From NCBI GenBank assembly GCA_963713605.1, contig CAVQMO010000010.1:608001-672000 (forward strand): a DNA stretch of 64,000 bases, given 5' to 3'. The notes beneath the pieces are model-generated. The model saw nothing but the letters and a program-made list of their open reading frames with translations. It did no database searches and was not told the origin of the DNA. Positions 46,805-57,930 of this stretch are shown here, one piece after another. The position numbers and the translations under genes are program-made. How positions within the stretch are numbered: the stretch's first letter is position 1; each line of letters begins with the position of its first letter. Source of the stretch: an uncultured Nitrososphaerales archaeon. Lineage in GTDB: Archaea > Thermoproteota > Nitrososphaeria > Nitrososphaerales > Nitrososphaeraceae.

Positions 46805-47441
46805 ATGACAAAGAATCGAGTAATGATCGCATTTGGGGCGCACCCAGATGATATAGAAATCGGGATGGGAGGAACAGTAGCGAAATTGGCCAGAGTAGGT
46901 TATGATGTGAGACTAGTTATTGCTACTCTTCCAAACTTTGTAAAGACTGATACTAAAGAGGAGCGCAAGCAAGAATCTATTATGTCAGCAAAAGTTATGG
47001 GTTGTAAAACGCCAGAATTTCTCGATCTTAGTCCCGAAGAAATCGTTTTCAACAGAAAGTTTGTTACTCAAATTAGTAAGTTAATCCAAGAACTAAATCC
47101 TGAGGCTATATTTACTCAGTGGATCGGTGACACACACCAGGACCATCAATCATTAACGAGAGCAGTTGTGGCCGCAGGCTCGCGATTCTAACGATGTATT
47201 TATGTACGAAACCACTATTCCAGGAGGCATTAGTGAACATGCATTTAGACCTCAACTCTATGTAGACGTCACTGAAACATTAGAAATTAAAAGGAACGCA
47301 CTTGACTGTTTTGATTCTCAAAAAATCCGATGTGGACCTCTGTGGATAGATTCCCTGGTAGGAAGATGTTCTTACAGGGGGTATCAAATGAATGCAAAAT
47401 ACGCAGAAGCATTTGAAGTTATCAAGGTTTCCAAATGGTAG
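46805..47441 (+). CDS. PIG-L/LmbE family N-acetyl-sugar deacetylase; frameshift near 47178
   Basis: GAHPDDIEIG.GGT, RKQE, DTHQDH, YVDVT, YAEAF. Confidence 0.9.
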
Positions 47442-47558
47442 AAACCTGAGACATCTTTACATTGAATTCTTGAATTCCTGGCTGACCATCTTAAGCCAGC
47501 ATAATTCAAAGCTGTTCGTAAATCTGGCACAATGAGCTACTGCATATAGTCAGCTCCG

Positions 47559-48050
47559 CTAGATCTTTCCTGCATCCTTAAGTCTGGATTTCATCCTTAA
47601 CTCACCTTCACTATACCTCTTTTTGTCGTTATCATCCTCAAAAATTAAACGGGGAACCATTGTAGGCTTCCCATACTTGTCCAAGGCTACCATTGTTACG
47701 AACGCAGTAGCCGCATGCACTTTGGTATTATCATCTAGGTCCTCAGCCTCGACGTTTACCTCGATTTCCATGGAGGATCTACGAACGTATGTTATTCTAG
47801 CAGAAATTATGAGTGCATTTCCTATAAAGACTGGTTTCAGGAATACCATTCGGTCTATGCTTGCAGTGACAACATTCGCCCTACCCGAATGTCTTTTAGC
47901 TACCAAACCTGCAATTAAATCAACATGTTTTAGTATTACTCCCCCAAAGACATTTCCTTTGGGGTTGGCATCAGAAGGTAACATCATCACAATCATCTCT
48001 GCTTCAGATTCCGTTGGACGTTTCCCCTTCTCCCCACTATTAACAGACAA
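47559..48050 (-). CDS. Acyl-CoA thioesterase (hotdog, YciA-like)
   Basis: PSDANPKGNVFGG.ILK.VD, VVTASID, F..PV..G, TAFVTMVALD. Confidence 0.9.
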   Translation of the reverse strand: MSVNSGEKGKRPTESEAEMIVMMLPSDANPKGNVFGGVILKHVDLIAGLVAKRHSGRANVVTASIDRMVFLKPVFIGNALIISARITYVRRSSMEIEVNVEAEDLDDNTKVHAATAFVTMVALDKYGKPTMVPRLIFEDDNDKKRYSEGELRMKSRLKDAGKI

Positions 48051-48287
48051 GACTATAGATCCGATTTTATTATTACTATATATATTAAATACATAGAATT
48101 CATTCAATAACGATAGATTTCATTTATCCAGCCTCACCAAGGCGTTCCCAACCGTTCCCGGCACTTCTGATCTAGGTTAGGTACAAGACCCCTAATCGGC
48201 CCAGCTATGCGAAACACTCTCATAGAATGCCCAATGAAAGGAACTTACGGTAATACTTTTATATATCAAAATACTATTAGAAAGAAA

Positions 48288-49442
48288 ATGAAGCATATAA
48301 TTCTAACCGGAATTTTTGCTAGCATTCTGGTTGCCGGATTCGTTTTTTACCCCCTTCTTATGGGAAGTTCGCAATCGGCAAAAGCTATGAACGTAGAGTT
48401 TACACCAAGCGGTGTAAATAAACATGTGACGCTCGTGACAAATGAAACTGTTGTGCAAGTAGCACCAGATAATGCGTTGCATCCTGGTGGAATTGAATAT
48501 AACGCATATACCTTTAATGGAACTATCCCAGGACCAGCAGTTGCAATAGATCAGGGTGATAATCTTACAATTACTCTTCAGAATGATGGTAAACTTATCC
48601 ATAGTGTCGACTTTCATGCAGGAATAGGGGATACTCATGTCAACTCTGGCCCTGTCGAACCAGGCCAATCACATACCTGGAGTCTTCAAGGAATTAACGG
48701 AGGAGCATTCATGTATCATTGTGCTGCAGATGCTCTTAATGGCGTCTGGGAGCATATCGCCAATGGAATGTATGGTGTGATTGTAGTTCACCCACAGAAC
48801 GAGGAACCAGCAAAGGAGTTTTATGTGTCATTTGGAGAGATCTATAACAGCGCTGACCAAGGTCTATTCAAAGGAACCAATGGAACGGTAGGTTCATTTG
48901 ATATCACCAAATTTGCTACAGATCAACCTGATCTAGTCCTCACGAACGGTATGGCTCACAAATATGCACCAGCGGTAGGCAGTGTCTCAAAGCTCGAGCT
49001 TAATCCAAACGCAACTCTGTTCTATGCCAAACCAGGAGAATTGACAAGATGGTACGTTCTTAGTCCAGGACCAAATGACGGCGTTTCATTCCATTTCATA
49101 TCCGGACAGATGGATGTTCGAGATGGCTTTAATCAGCAAGCCAACAGCTATGGAACAGTCCTAATGAACGATGAGACATGGTGGGTACCACCGGGATCAG
49201 CCTCAGTATTCGAGACCATATTCCCTGAAGCAGGCCCATATGTGGGTGTAGATCATTCAATGGTAGATGTGGTCAAGGGAGGAGCGTTCGTGGTACTAGC
49301 ACAAGACAACTCAACGGCCACTGATATTCCTGAAGGGGCATGGGTTCCACCAAAAGGAAGTGAATATGTTGGCGGAAACCAGCAAGCCCAATGGGTAGCG
49401 GAGGCTGGTGGAAGCGAGGCTAACCAAACAGCTACGAGCTGA
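48288..49442 (+). CDS. nirK: Copper-containing nitrite reductase, AOA type
   Basis: Signal peptide; FNGTIPGP, HSVDFHAG, YHCAAD.LNGVWEHIANGMYG, SFHFISG, VGVDHSM. Confidence 0.88.
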   Translation: MKHIILTGIFASILVAGFVFYPLLMGSSQSAKAMNVEFTPSGVNKHVTLVTNETVVQVAPDNALHPGGIEYNAYTFNGTIPGPAVAIDQGDNLTITLQNDGKLIHSVDFHAGIGDTHVNSGPVEPGQSHTWSLQGINGGAFMYHCAADALNGVWEHIANGMYGVIVVHPQNEEPAKEFYVSFGEIYNSADQGLFKGTNGTVGSFDITKFATDQPDLVLTNGMAHKYAPAVGSVSKLELNPNATLFYAKPGELTRWYVLSPGPNDGVSFHFISGQMDVRDGFNQQANSYGTVLMNDETWWVPPGSASVFETIFPEAGPYVGVDHSMVDVVKGGAFVVLAQDNSTATDIPEGAWVPPKGSEYVGGNQQAQWVAEAGGSEANQTATS

Positions 49443-49932
49443 AGCGACCAAACAGCTTCTCAGGGAAGGCTGAAATCCTTTCCTTTTTTTTAATTCTTTA
49501 AGTTGATTTGGCGAAATTATCATTTGATTCAATTGAACGACTCATTCATTCATCAATACAATTTGCGTCGTAGTATCTGATTCCTTTATCTGTGAAGCTA
49601 TAGGAGATCGGATCTAGCTCCGACTTCATGTAAGAGGCTACACACTGAGGAGCCACTGATTCAATTGATTGCTCGCGTTCCTAATCTGTTGAAAAACACA
49701 CTCGGAGGTCGTTACGGATCTGATATTTCAACTTGAAACAATATCTTTATCGATTGTGGTGCTAGCAATCATGCAATAGAGAATTTACCTGATAATCCTT
49801 AGGTAAAATGATTTATAATATAGTCCCCTCTTTTCAATAGGAAATTGGACTTCCATGAATATATTTATACTAATATACAAGATATTAAGGAATATCTGTA
49901 AAGTTTAACTAGTCGTTTGCAGTATATAATGT

Positions 49933-51120
49933 GTGTTGACTTTAGGTACGCATTCTGTAGTATTTGATGGGGCCAAATATGGGGCAATTGCGGGGGCCAT
50001 TGCGACTTGGTCGATATCCTCTATCCTAGCTTTGATAGAGGCAGGTATGGGTTTGCCTATAGGTGCATTCTATTCTATCATTGGAATAGCATTGGGAATG
50101 GATAATGTGATAACTGCTTCCTATTTGGGATTTGGTCTTCATATCTTGGTAGGAACTCTGATGGGAGCTCTTGTAGGCGCGGCAATCGTAAGATTGGTGT
50201 CGCACAGTCTATTCAGGGGAATATTAGCAGGTATGGTAGCAGGAATCATGATTTGGCTAATCGTATTTCTTCCGATCACTGCTTTTCTTGTGCAACCTTC
50301 TATGGTTCAAATCGTTACATTATTGGCACTTACTACTAACTTTTCTTTATCAACGACTGAGATCAATCAATTTATGCAAACCACCGCTTTGAGCTCTGCG
50401 ATCTTTCATCTGGTTTGGGGGGCTCTGTTCGGTTTTATCATAAGCTCCCTCTTAAGAATCAAGTCGTATAGAAATGCGAATTGGAAGACAAAGCTGGAAA
50501 GTTATATGGCCGACAATGGAGATCAACAGGTTACAAGAATCAGGTTTAGGGTCCTTGGCGTCGGTATATTGGCTGGATTCCTGGCTTCTGCCTGTATTAG
50601 CGGGCTGATCTTTGTAGTAGAAAAAACCATTGATATCCCTGTGGGAACTTTTTACCTAGTACTAGTATCGTCAGTCACTCAGTCCCATGTAGAATCAGTG
50701 AATATGATCGTCGCCGGTCTACTTTTGCATTTATTCACTGGTAGCATTATTGGCGTCATAATATCAATACCTTTTGCCATAAGAGACATGAGAATCTTAT
50801 CTATTATGCACAAGTATGCTCCTATTTATGGACTCGTCTGCGGAGTGACAGTTTGGGCATTTCTGTTTGTTCCAGTTACATTTTGGGTCATTATACCCTT
50901 GTTAGGTGATCTAGATCAAAATCAACTTATAGTCCAACAGACTCCTGTAGGAACTGCATCATCAATTACGGTAGGTGAACTCCTCTCGATAAATGATAAA
51001 ATTCTAATTGGTGCACTAGCCTTTAACATGTTTTATGGATTAGTTGCATCAATCATAATTAAATCCATGACAAGTAAATTAGTGAGTCAGCCAAATACTA
51101 TTCACGAAATCTCTATGTGA
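49933..51120 (+). CDS. Polytopic membrane protein made of two homologous halves with intramembrane His residues
   Basis: LPIGAFY/IPVGTFY, GFGLHILVG/GLLLHLFTG, WLIVFLPIT/WAFLFVPVT, IFHLVWG/AFNMFYG. Confidence 0.75.
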   Translation: MLTLGTHSVVFDGAKYGAIAGAIATWSISSILALIEAGMGLPIGAFYSIIGIALGMDNVITASYLGFGLHILVGTLMGALVGAAIVRLVSHSLFRGILAGMVAGIMIWLIVFLPITAFLVQPSMVQIVTLLALTTNFSLSTTEINQFMQTTALSSAIFHLVWGALFGFIISSLLRIKSYRNANWKTKLESYMADNGDQQVTRIRFRVLGVGILAGFLASACISGLIFVVEKTIDIPVGTFYLVLVSSVTQSHVESVNMIVAGLLLHLFTGSIIGVIISIPFAIRDMRILSIMHKYAPIYGLVCGVTVWAFLFVPVTFWVIIPLLGDLDQNQLIVQQTPVGTASSITVGELLSINDKILIGALAFNMFYGLVASIIIKSMTSKLVSQPNTIHEISM

Positions 51121-51892
51121 TACAATTTTCATTCCTTTCTCACTCGCCTTAGAGGTCAAACTCCAGAAAACATGATACGATGTTATTGGACTCATTGAAT
51201 TCCCATGAGAACATATTTTTGATGTATACGGGTGTTTACCGAGAGAATGACGAGACTATCAATCTTGTTTAATTCGATATCTGACGGATTGAGAATAACA
51301 AGCTGATGAGACCTGTTATTGCATTGATTTCAGTAGCTACAATGTTGATTCGTAAACAACATTTCTCAGAGTGCTTAGACCAATACTTGATACACGCCTT
51401 CTGATGCTGTAAGAGAATCAAATTCAAAAAGACAAATTGAAATGGCTAATAATAAAACAGATCCGAATCTCTGAGTCTTTGAATTCAACCTTTAGAAATA
51501 CTATGAAAAATAATTCTAACGCCGTTAGAATTATTCAAGTTTTGCTGAGAGTGGCATTTCAGCCATTAACGTTCTACAAAAATCAGAGAATGCGGTGCAT
51601 TCATCGAATATTGACCGTTTCCATTTGTAGTCTCATTCGCTCTGTGTGGGTCCAAGGTATATCACTCCATTCTTTTCGCCCACATTGCTGCATATACATA
51701 TTCAGTCGAGTCAATGGAAATTTTGAGTCAGCAACATAACGACGAAAATGATATCTTGACTTGTATCTGATTTACCTAGGTACTTTCATGGTCATTCTAA
51801 GCCAACTACTGTGAGATTATTGGAAGGTATAAAATACTTCTAAATTATGTGGGCTACTGCAAAAACCAAAGAGTACTTTTATATCGTAAGGT

Positions 51893-52322
51893 GTGAAATA
51901 TATTGTATTGAATCGAATACCTGCAAAGCGAGATCCCGTAATCGTGATTAGTGGCTCCTGTCAAAATTTTGAGAAGGAAAGAGGCAAAATCATTAAATTC
52001 ATTGGGGATCTTGAATTGGGAGCAAAGACGAAGGTCGAATATCAGTGTTATTCGACAGGAATTTCGATGGGATGGGAGTTCTTCGAATTGTGTTTAGACC
52101 CGGACCTTGTTTATTCGCTATTTAGTATATTTCCGGACATGAAAAATGAAGAGGGTACAATGCTGGAGCGAGCAGTTTGTTCACTGGCTTTCCAAGCAGT
52201 TTAAGAAGAGAAAACTTGAATTTTATTTAAAGCTAAATGATGTTCCACGTGAGAAAACATTTGGGTTTAGACTTGATCCTAATAGTTATAGAGATGACAG
52301 CCTGCTGGAGGAATGGAGATGA
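51893..52322 (+). CDS. Hypothetical protein; frameshifted
   Basis: ORF 51893..52204 continues in another frame to ..DDSLLEEWR*. Confidence 0.5.
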
Positions 52323-52505
52323 CTAACCATTCTGACTCAAAGTCAATGTATATGATACGGAAAGTTTTTGATCCAGTAAATTATGGATTACCATAGTTAG
52401 CGGAGTTAATAGTGGTTACTATGTTTTAATGCTATTGAATTCTTTTTGTATCTACCCTGTATTAATATATGTACTAGTAAAACACTCTAATTCCACGGAC
52501 TTTTA

Positions 52506-53333
52506 TTATAACATTGTGATCAAATTAAATGAATTCTTCCATCCTTTAGGTCCTATCCCAGTAGACCGGACAAGATTTTTTATCTTTGAGTCGCACCATG
52601 AACCATTAGCCTTCTGGACTAGCACAGCAATGTCCATTAATTTTAGCATAGGTAGATCGTTTTCGCTGTCGCCCAATCCAACAAAAATAGTTCTCCTTGG
52701 TTGGTACTTTCGTCTGAAGAGATCAATTAGTATGCGAGTAGCCTTCCCTTTGTCATTTCCCTGTGTAATGTCACTGTACCTTCCCCCATGTATTACTTTT
52801 AGGCCAGTTCTTGTGCAGACTTTAGCTAACCTGCCCAAGTCAGATGGATCTATTTCTAAAATTGTTTCCCCATATTCACGTTTTGACATTCGCCTCGCGA
52901 AGGGCAATGGAATTTGTACCTTCTTTCTAATTTCGTTCAATGCCATATCTGTCGTCCCTTTAAAGTTAATCTGGAGCTCCTCTCTAATCCTTGCTAATCG
53001 CTTTCTTATTTCAATTGAATGACCCCCAATTTCAATAAGGCTATATCCGTTCCTTCTAGTACGTGGTACTGATATTTCAAATTCATCGAAATATCCGTCT
53101 GGGATCACCACCGCCCCTCCATTTTCGACTATGAAAGGGTCAGACAATCGAAGCTTATTTCTGATGTACTCCTGCTCACTGCGTGTCTTGGCAGAACAAA
53201 GAATGACTGGGATTCCCATATTTGCCAACTTCTTTACTAGCAGATCGGTCCCTTCAAATTTTCCGCTGTATATGTCTATAAGAGTGCCATCAATATCGGT
53301 GAAAATTATCTTTTGAACCGTAGAATTATTCAT
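52506..53333 (-). CDS. mpgP: Mannosyl-3-phosphoglycerate phosphatase (HAD-IIB)
   Basis: IFTDIDGTL, CSAKTRSE, PFIVENGG, KREYGE, GGRY, DKGKA, GLGDSENDLPML. Confidence 0.85.
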   Translation of the reverse strand: MNNSTVQKIIFTDIDGTLIDIYSGKFEGTDLLVKKLANMGIPVILCSAKTRSEQEYIRNKLRLSDPFIVENGGAVVIPDGYFDEFEISVPRTRRNGYSLIEIGGHSIEIRKRLARIREELQINFKGTTDMALNEIRKKVQIPLPFARRMSKREYGETILEIDPSDLGRLAKVCTRTGLKVIHGGRYSDITQGNDKGKATRILIDLFRRKYQPRRTIFVGLGDSENDLPMLKLMDIAVLVQKANGSWCDSKIKNLVRSTGIGPKGWKNSFNLITML

Positions 53334-53677
53334 TAGTAGATATGGGACCCAATCTCCTACACTTATTTCTTGAGCTCTATGTTCTCTGATCCAATCGAGA
53401 ATTTAATGGTCGATCTGCATACTTGTTGCTGTTATGTGTAATGCCATTTTCCAGGATATCGACTACTAAAGTTTATCTCATAAAAAGAGATATCTCATAA
53501 ACCAAAAAAAGGGAAAGGATGTATTATCACCAAGGGTCAAAACCGTCCGCCTCTAGACTCTATATCATTTTAGAGTAATTCGGATTGGGACAATCCAAAG
53601 AAGTGACTGAGAACCATCAATCGCGAGAAGCGTTTAAAGGCAACTAGGAATAATTAGAATCTCTGGGATATAAATAG

Positions 53678-53923
53678 ATGAAATTCCCACTACGGAATTT
53701 GATATTTGAAAAGATAAAACAGGCAGGAAACATCACTGATGTTGAGCTCCTGAATAGCCTCAATAAAGAGGAAATTCAAGTGACCGACGATACATTTAAC
53801 AAGATCCTACTTGATCTTGAAATATTCGGGCTCATTAGGGTCTCCTGGATCGAAAAACACAAACGTAGAATAGAAGTATCTCCCGGGAATCTAAAAATTG
53901 ACTACGTTGACAGCGTAGACTGA
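53678..53923 (+). CDS. Small conserved winged-helix-like protein
   Basis: FPLRNLIFEKIK..TD.EL...FNKILLDLEIFGLIRVSW. Confidence 0.7.
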   Translation: MKFPLRNLIFEKIKQAGNITDVELLNSLNKEEIQVTDDTFNKILLDLEIFGLIRVSWIEKHKRRIEVSPGNLKIDYVDSVD

Positions 53924-54104
53924 TTGTTGCAAAGCTATTGAGGAAGGGGTCCGATTAACCGGTAGTAATCATAAAAGTGTTTCAGTGTACCAGTCGGTGT
54001 CGCATGTTTCCTGCTCCAGTTAAGATTTCAAGGTTTATTCAAAACAAATTTTTGCAACCATGTGAAATACATCGACGAGAAGGAAGAAATTAAATGAAAG
54101 ACTA

Positions 54105-54425
54105 ATGTATTGTTACCACATGACAAAGGATCGTCCACAACAAGATCTTTTGTTTAAGCCTCTTATTGTCGCGGGACTTGTGATAGTTACTTTTAGCCTT
54201 GCCTGTCTCTGGATTGCAAATATGGCATTACCAGAAGATGAGTCGGAAGGATTTCGAATCATTGGGTATCGTTTCTTGGTAGGTGGGATAATATCGATCA
54301 TCGTCGGCTTTGTTTCGAAGCATTATTACTTTCTTTACAATTATGGCAGATTTTATTGGAATCAGCTTCCGTTTAGAAGAGGTGGAAAAAATGCAAGCAG
54401 GTTTTCAGATTGGTATAAACCGTAG
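54105..54425 (+). CDS. Small two-TM membrane protein
   Basis: Two hydrophobic segments. Confidence 0.55.
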   Translation: MYCYHMTKDRPQQDLLFKPLIVAGLVIVTFSLACLWIANMALPEDESEGFRIIGYRFLVGGIISIIVGFVSKHYYFLYNYGRFYWNQLPFRRGGKNASRFSDWYKP

Positions 54426-54820
54426 GTGCATTTAGCAGAGTTCTTGATAATGCACCTTTGATAAAGTGTGCTCTAAGCCAAGCTTCAGTCCCTAGACGAC
54501 CGTCTTGTGATAATCTAGCAGAATTGAAGCTCAAATGCATTGTCCAGTTACACGTAGTGAACAACTAGCTGTTTTTGCCAGGTAATTTTCATACTCAGGA
54601 ACATTTTAGATTCTTGAATTAAAACTCCCAAATTGACTGTATTCATACTTGGGTGAGATCCAGCAAAGTTTATCTCTATTGAAGGCTATGATACGTACGA
54701 TGTTAACGGGAGGTCCTTTTTTGCTTAACAGACATAATTATACTTCATTAGGGAATTTGACTGTACCAATTGAGGTATTTCGTACTTGCTTGTATGGGTG
54801 ACAGGAGGCAAGACAGGGCT

Positions 54821-55219
54821 ATGTCTTTTAATATCGAGCAAGAAAATTCTTCGCCGGATAGAATTTTGGTCGTAGATGACGAGTTAGACGTGAATATCTC
54901 TTTGCACATGGTTCTGGAAACTAATGGTTTCAAGGTGGATTCATATAGTGATCCTCGAGAAGTCCTTCAGAATTTTCGTCCCGGTGTTTATGGGCTCATA
55001 ATACTTGACATAAAGATGCCCCATCTCAATGGCCTTGCCCTATATCGTGAGCTAAAAAAAATCGATCATGATGCGAAGATTTGCTTTTTGACCGCAGGAG
55101 AAATGTTCTATGGCGACTATAGCGACATTTTCAATAGCGTGGGTGCTGACGGTTTTATGCGTAAACCTATAGAAAATCAAAAACTGGTCGAAAGGGTAAG
55201 GAAAATAATATCCAGTTAG
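54821..55219 (+). CDS. Single-domain response regulator (receiver)
   Basis: ILVVDDE, ILDIKMP.LNG, CFLTA, RKPI. Confidence 0.92.
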   Translation: MSFNIEQENSSPDRILVVDDELDVNISLHMVLETNGFKVDSYSDPREVLQNFRPGVYGLIILDIKMPHLNGLALYRELKKIDHDAKICFLTAGEMFYGDYSDIFNSVGADGFMRKPIENQKLVERVRKIISS

Positions 55220-55748
55220 TCCTATCAGAGAGTTTTATAAAAATATTAGCAAACAATATTATTCCACACTTCAAGATCGGTACTGATTTGATAGAAATCC
55301 TGAGAATACACTTTTGGTAGTAGAGTAGACATATATGAAGATATAATTCTCTCAAGAGAGCCAATTTGAACAAGTGCGCGTAATATGATAAAGACCAAGA
55401 TATCAAAACTTGTAAATCATAGCCGGGGGATAATCGACATACATCTAAATATTCACCGATTACAAATTATTTCTAGGATAACGGAGCAAGCTCAACAAGA
55501 CCTTCGATTTCAACTTGGTGATTACACATTGCCGTATTTAAGGCATCATCACCTCAGATAGTTCGAGAAGAGTAAGGTGTCCCGTGAATGTGAGTCTAAA
55601 CGTTCCGTCTGAACCGTTTTACCTGTTGTGTTAAAGCAACTCTTTATGTTTTGTGTGATGTTTGATCTTTATGCTGTTTGGGTATCATCTTTGTGCGACC
55701 ATTGAAAGTCATCATTAATATTATGAATTCTACCTTAACATCATTGTA

Positions 55749-56456
55749 ATGACCGATTCAAGCAATGGGAATCCTAATCTAGTACATCTTGGTCAACTAA
55801 AGGCTTCAATTTCCCAACCAGAGCAAGAAACTATCATTGATTCACTAAAAAACATAGATCCTATTAGGCATCATTATTATTTCAACCTCTTTCTCGGCAA
55901 GACGAAGGAAGGAACTGTGTGCTATTTTCCTGAAAGTTATAGGAAAGGCTATCAAGATTTTCTGGATGACCAGAAATTGTTGATCGAATTAGAACTATTT
56001 GCCACAGGTCAATCCTCAGATGGAGATTGGGTTTTCTTGCCAAGTTATTTCCAAGGAGTCGATGCAGCTAGGAATGAACTGAAGTTTGCGTTGCTCGCCG
56101 AAGGTCAGAGGAGGCTTTTTGATGAAACCTCAAAGGCTGGACAAGAGGCTTTGAAACAATCGCAGTCAGTTGGGAATGTCGTTGCTGAAAACACACGGAA
56201 CAAAGATGCTTTAACTACGCTTCAAACTGGATATGAAAATTTGCGTTCCGAGAATCAGAATCTAAAGGAAATGGTCGAAAGCCAGAGGAAAATTGTTGAT
56301 GAGTACAAGAAGGAAATTGAAGAATTGAAAGGGCAATTGCAAGAGGTAAGGACCGTGCTCCCGGGTGCCAACGTACAACAAACTAAGAGTTCAAGCACCG
56401 CCACGCGCAGCAACGATAAGCGAGGAGAAAAGCGAAAAGGATCTGCGTTCTCTTGA
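55749..56456 (+). CDS. Hypothetical protein with C-terminal coiled coil
   Basis: 235-aa ORF; heptad-rich E/K/Q/L segment. Confidence 0.65.
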   Translation: MTDSSNGNPNLVHLGQLKASISQPEQETIIDSLKNIDPIRHHYYFNLFLGKTKEGTVCYFPESYRKGYQDFLDDQKLLIELELFATGQSSDGDWVFLPSYFQGVDAARNELKFALLAEGQRRLFDETSKAGQEALKQSQSVGNVVAENTRNKDALTTLQTGYENLRSENQNLKEMVESQRKIVDEYKKEIEELKGQLQEVRTVLPGANVQQTKSSSTATRSNDKRGEKRKGSAFS

Positions 56457-56553
56457 GATTATATATATTGTCGTGTTGAGATCGCATGTCCACAAACCAA
56501 AATCCTGAAAATGTATTATTCCTGAAAATGTGAGTGATTGCTGTCCAAAATCT

Positions 56554-56659
56554 ACGATGCCTTGAATAATGTCTTCAAATAACGATGCCTTGAATAATGT
56601 CTTCAAATAACGATGCCTTGAATAATGTCTTCAAATAACGATGCCTTGAATAAACGATG
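56554..56659. repeat. Intergenic 28-bp tandem repeat x3.5 (ACGATGCCTTGAATAATGTCTTCAAATA) with internal TTGAA-N7-TTCAA palindrome
   Basis: Units at 56554, 56582, 56610, partial at 56638; no spacers. Confidence 0.92.
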
Positions 56660-56844
56660 GATATGACTATTCACACACTTCGGGCTCGCTATTTTAATTC
56701 CTATCTCTATCCGATTGATCGACACGACTACAACATATAAGAAGCATGCTTTGAGTTGGTTAGGCGGATAACTTTGCCGTAATTCTGCTTAGCCAACCAT
56801 GATACTTTTTCCTCTGAAATGATAAATAGGGAGTAGACTAGTTT

Positions 56845-57195
56845 CTACTTATTAAAAAAGGCTTGGACATTTGGTCTATATAGATAGTAAATTATTATGG
56901 CATTGATGATAATATGAAATATCAATCCAAGGTTTCCAACTACTATAGAACCTATCCCTACTATTATTCCAATTCCAGATAGAATTAGCGTTAGTGTCCA
57001 AGCCCAACCCTTCCCCTTCCATAACCCGTAAGCCATCAGAAGATAAGCCAGTCCCAGAATGAACAAACCACTACCGATGAAGATTCCAGCTAGTGGAATA
57101 AATAACGTCCCAAATCCGCTGGCAAGGAAAGCAATGCCACCAAGTATGGCAAGCAAAGCAATTATTGTAACCCCTATAGGTCTCTGTTTGTACAT
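56845..57195 (-). CDS. Small four-TM membrane protein
   Basis: RPIGVTIIA, AYGLWKGKGWAW, YYLYRPNV..FF motifs. Confidence 0.8.
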   Translation of the reverse strand: MYKQRPIGVTIIALLAILGGIAFLASGFGTLFIPLAGIFIGSGLFILGLAYLLMAYGLWKGKGWAWTLTLILSGIGIIVGIGSIVVGNLGLIFHIIINAIIIYYLYRPNVQAFFNK

Positions 57196-57930
57196 TTTTG
57201 GTAATCTCTGTGAACTATATACAATCCAGAATATAACCAAATTGGAATTTTCTTCTCTAACTGAAATAACTGAAATATATTGAACTAATGATCTTTTTGA
57301 GAACCTCTATATATTAAGCGTCAACTATTTACACGCTGTAGTCTGCCTTGTTTTCAAGATAGCGCGATTTTCTGGATATTTTAGGTGTCTTTAACTTCGA
57401 CAGAGAAGGATTCAACACTAAAGCGAGATACATACCATTGCATTTCATTATGACATCCACCATGGATGAGGGCGTAAGAGATGATTCTCGACTATCGTTT
57501 TCATTCTCGAACATTAGAATTAGTTCCTAAAATGACTATTACGAATGCCCACGGGGAAGGAGATGAAGATAAAGATGAATTGGGATTCGCGATGCAAAGA
57601 ATTCAATTTTCGTAAAATCGGTTAGATCATGCTATTACTGTCATTCGACTGGTATTGTCGAAGCCTTAAAGAGGTAACAGATGAAAAATATGAGCTTCTC
57701 GTATTTTAACAATCTTATAGGTAATTCCAGAATCCCTTTGGTTTCCAGAATGTAATAACAAATAGTTCAAAAAATGAAGGGACTGCTTTTGGAAGGAAGA
57801 AAATAAAGATAAGTAGCATTATCTGCATTTGCAATCACACATCGATTCAAGTAATGCGGTATGGTTACGGATACAAGACTATGGAAGACATATAGCTAAA
57901 ATATATAAGCCATAGCGTTCGGTCAAATTT

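Noticed and set aside
52506..53333. Complete mannosylglycerate pathway
   Set aside because: Only the phosphatase is in the window; the synthase is not seen, and the pathway is already reported in Nitrososphaeraceae
56554..56659. CRISPR array
   Set aside because: Repeats are directly adjacent with no spacers, and there are no cas genes in the window
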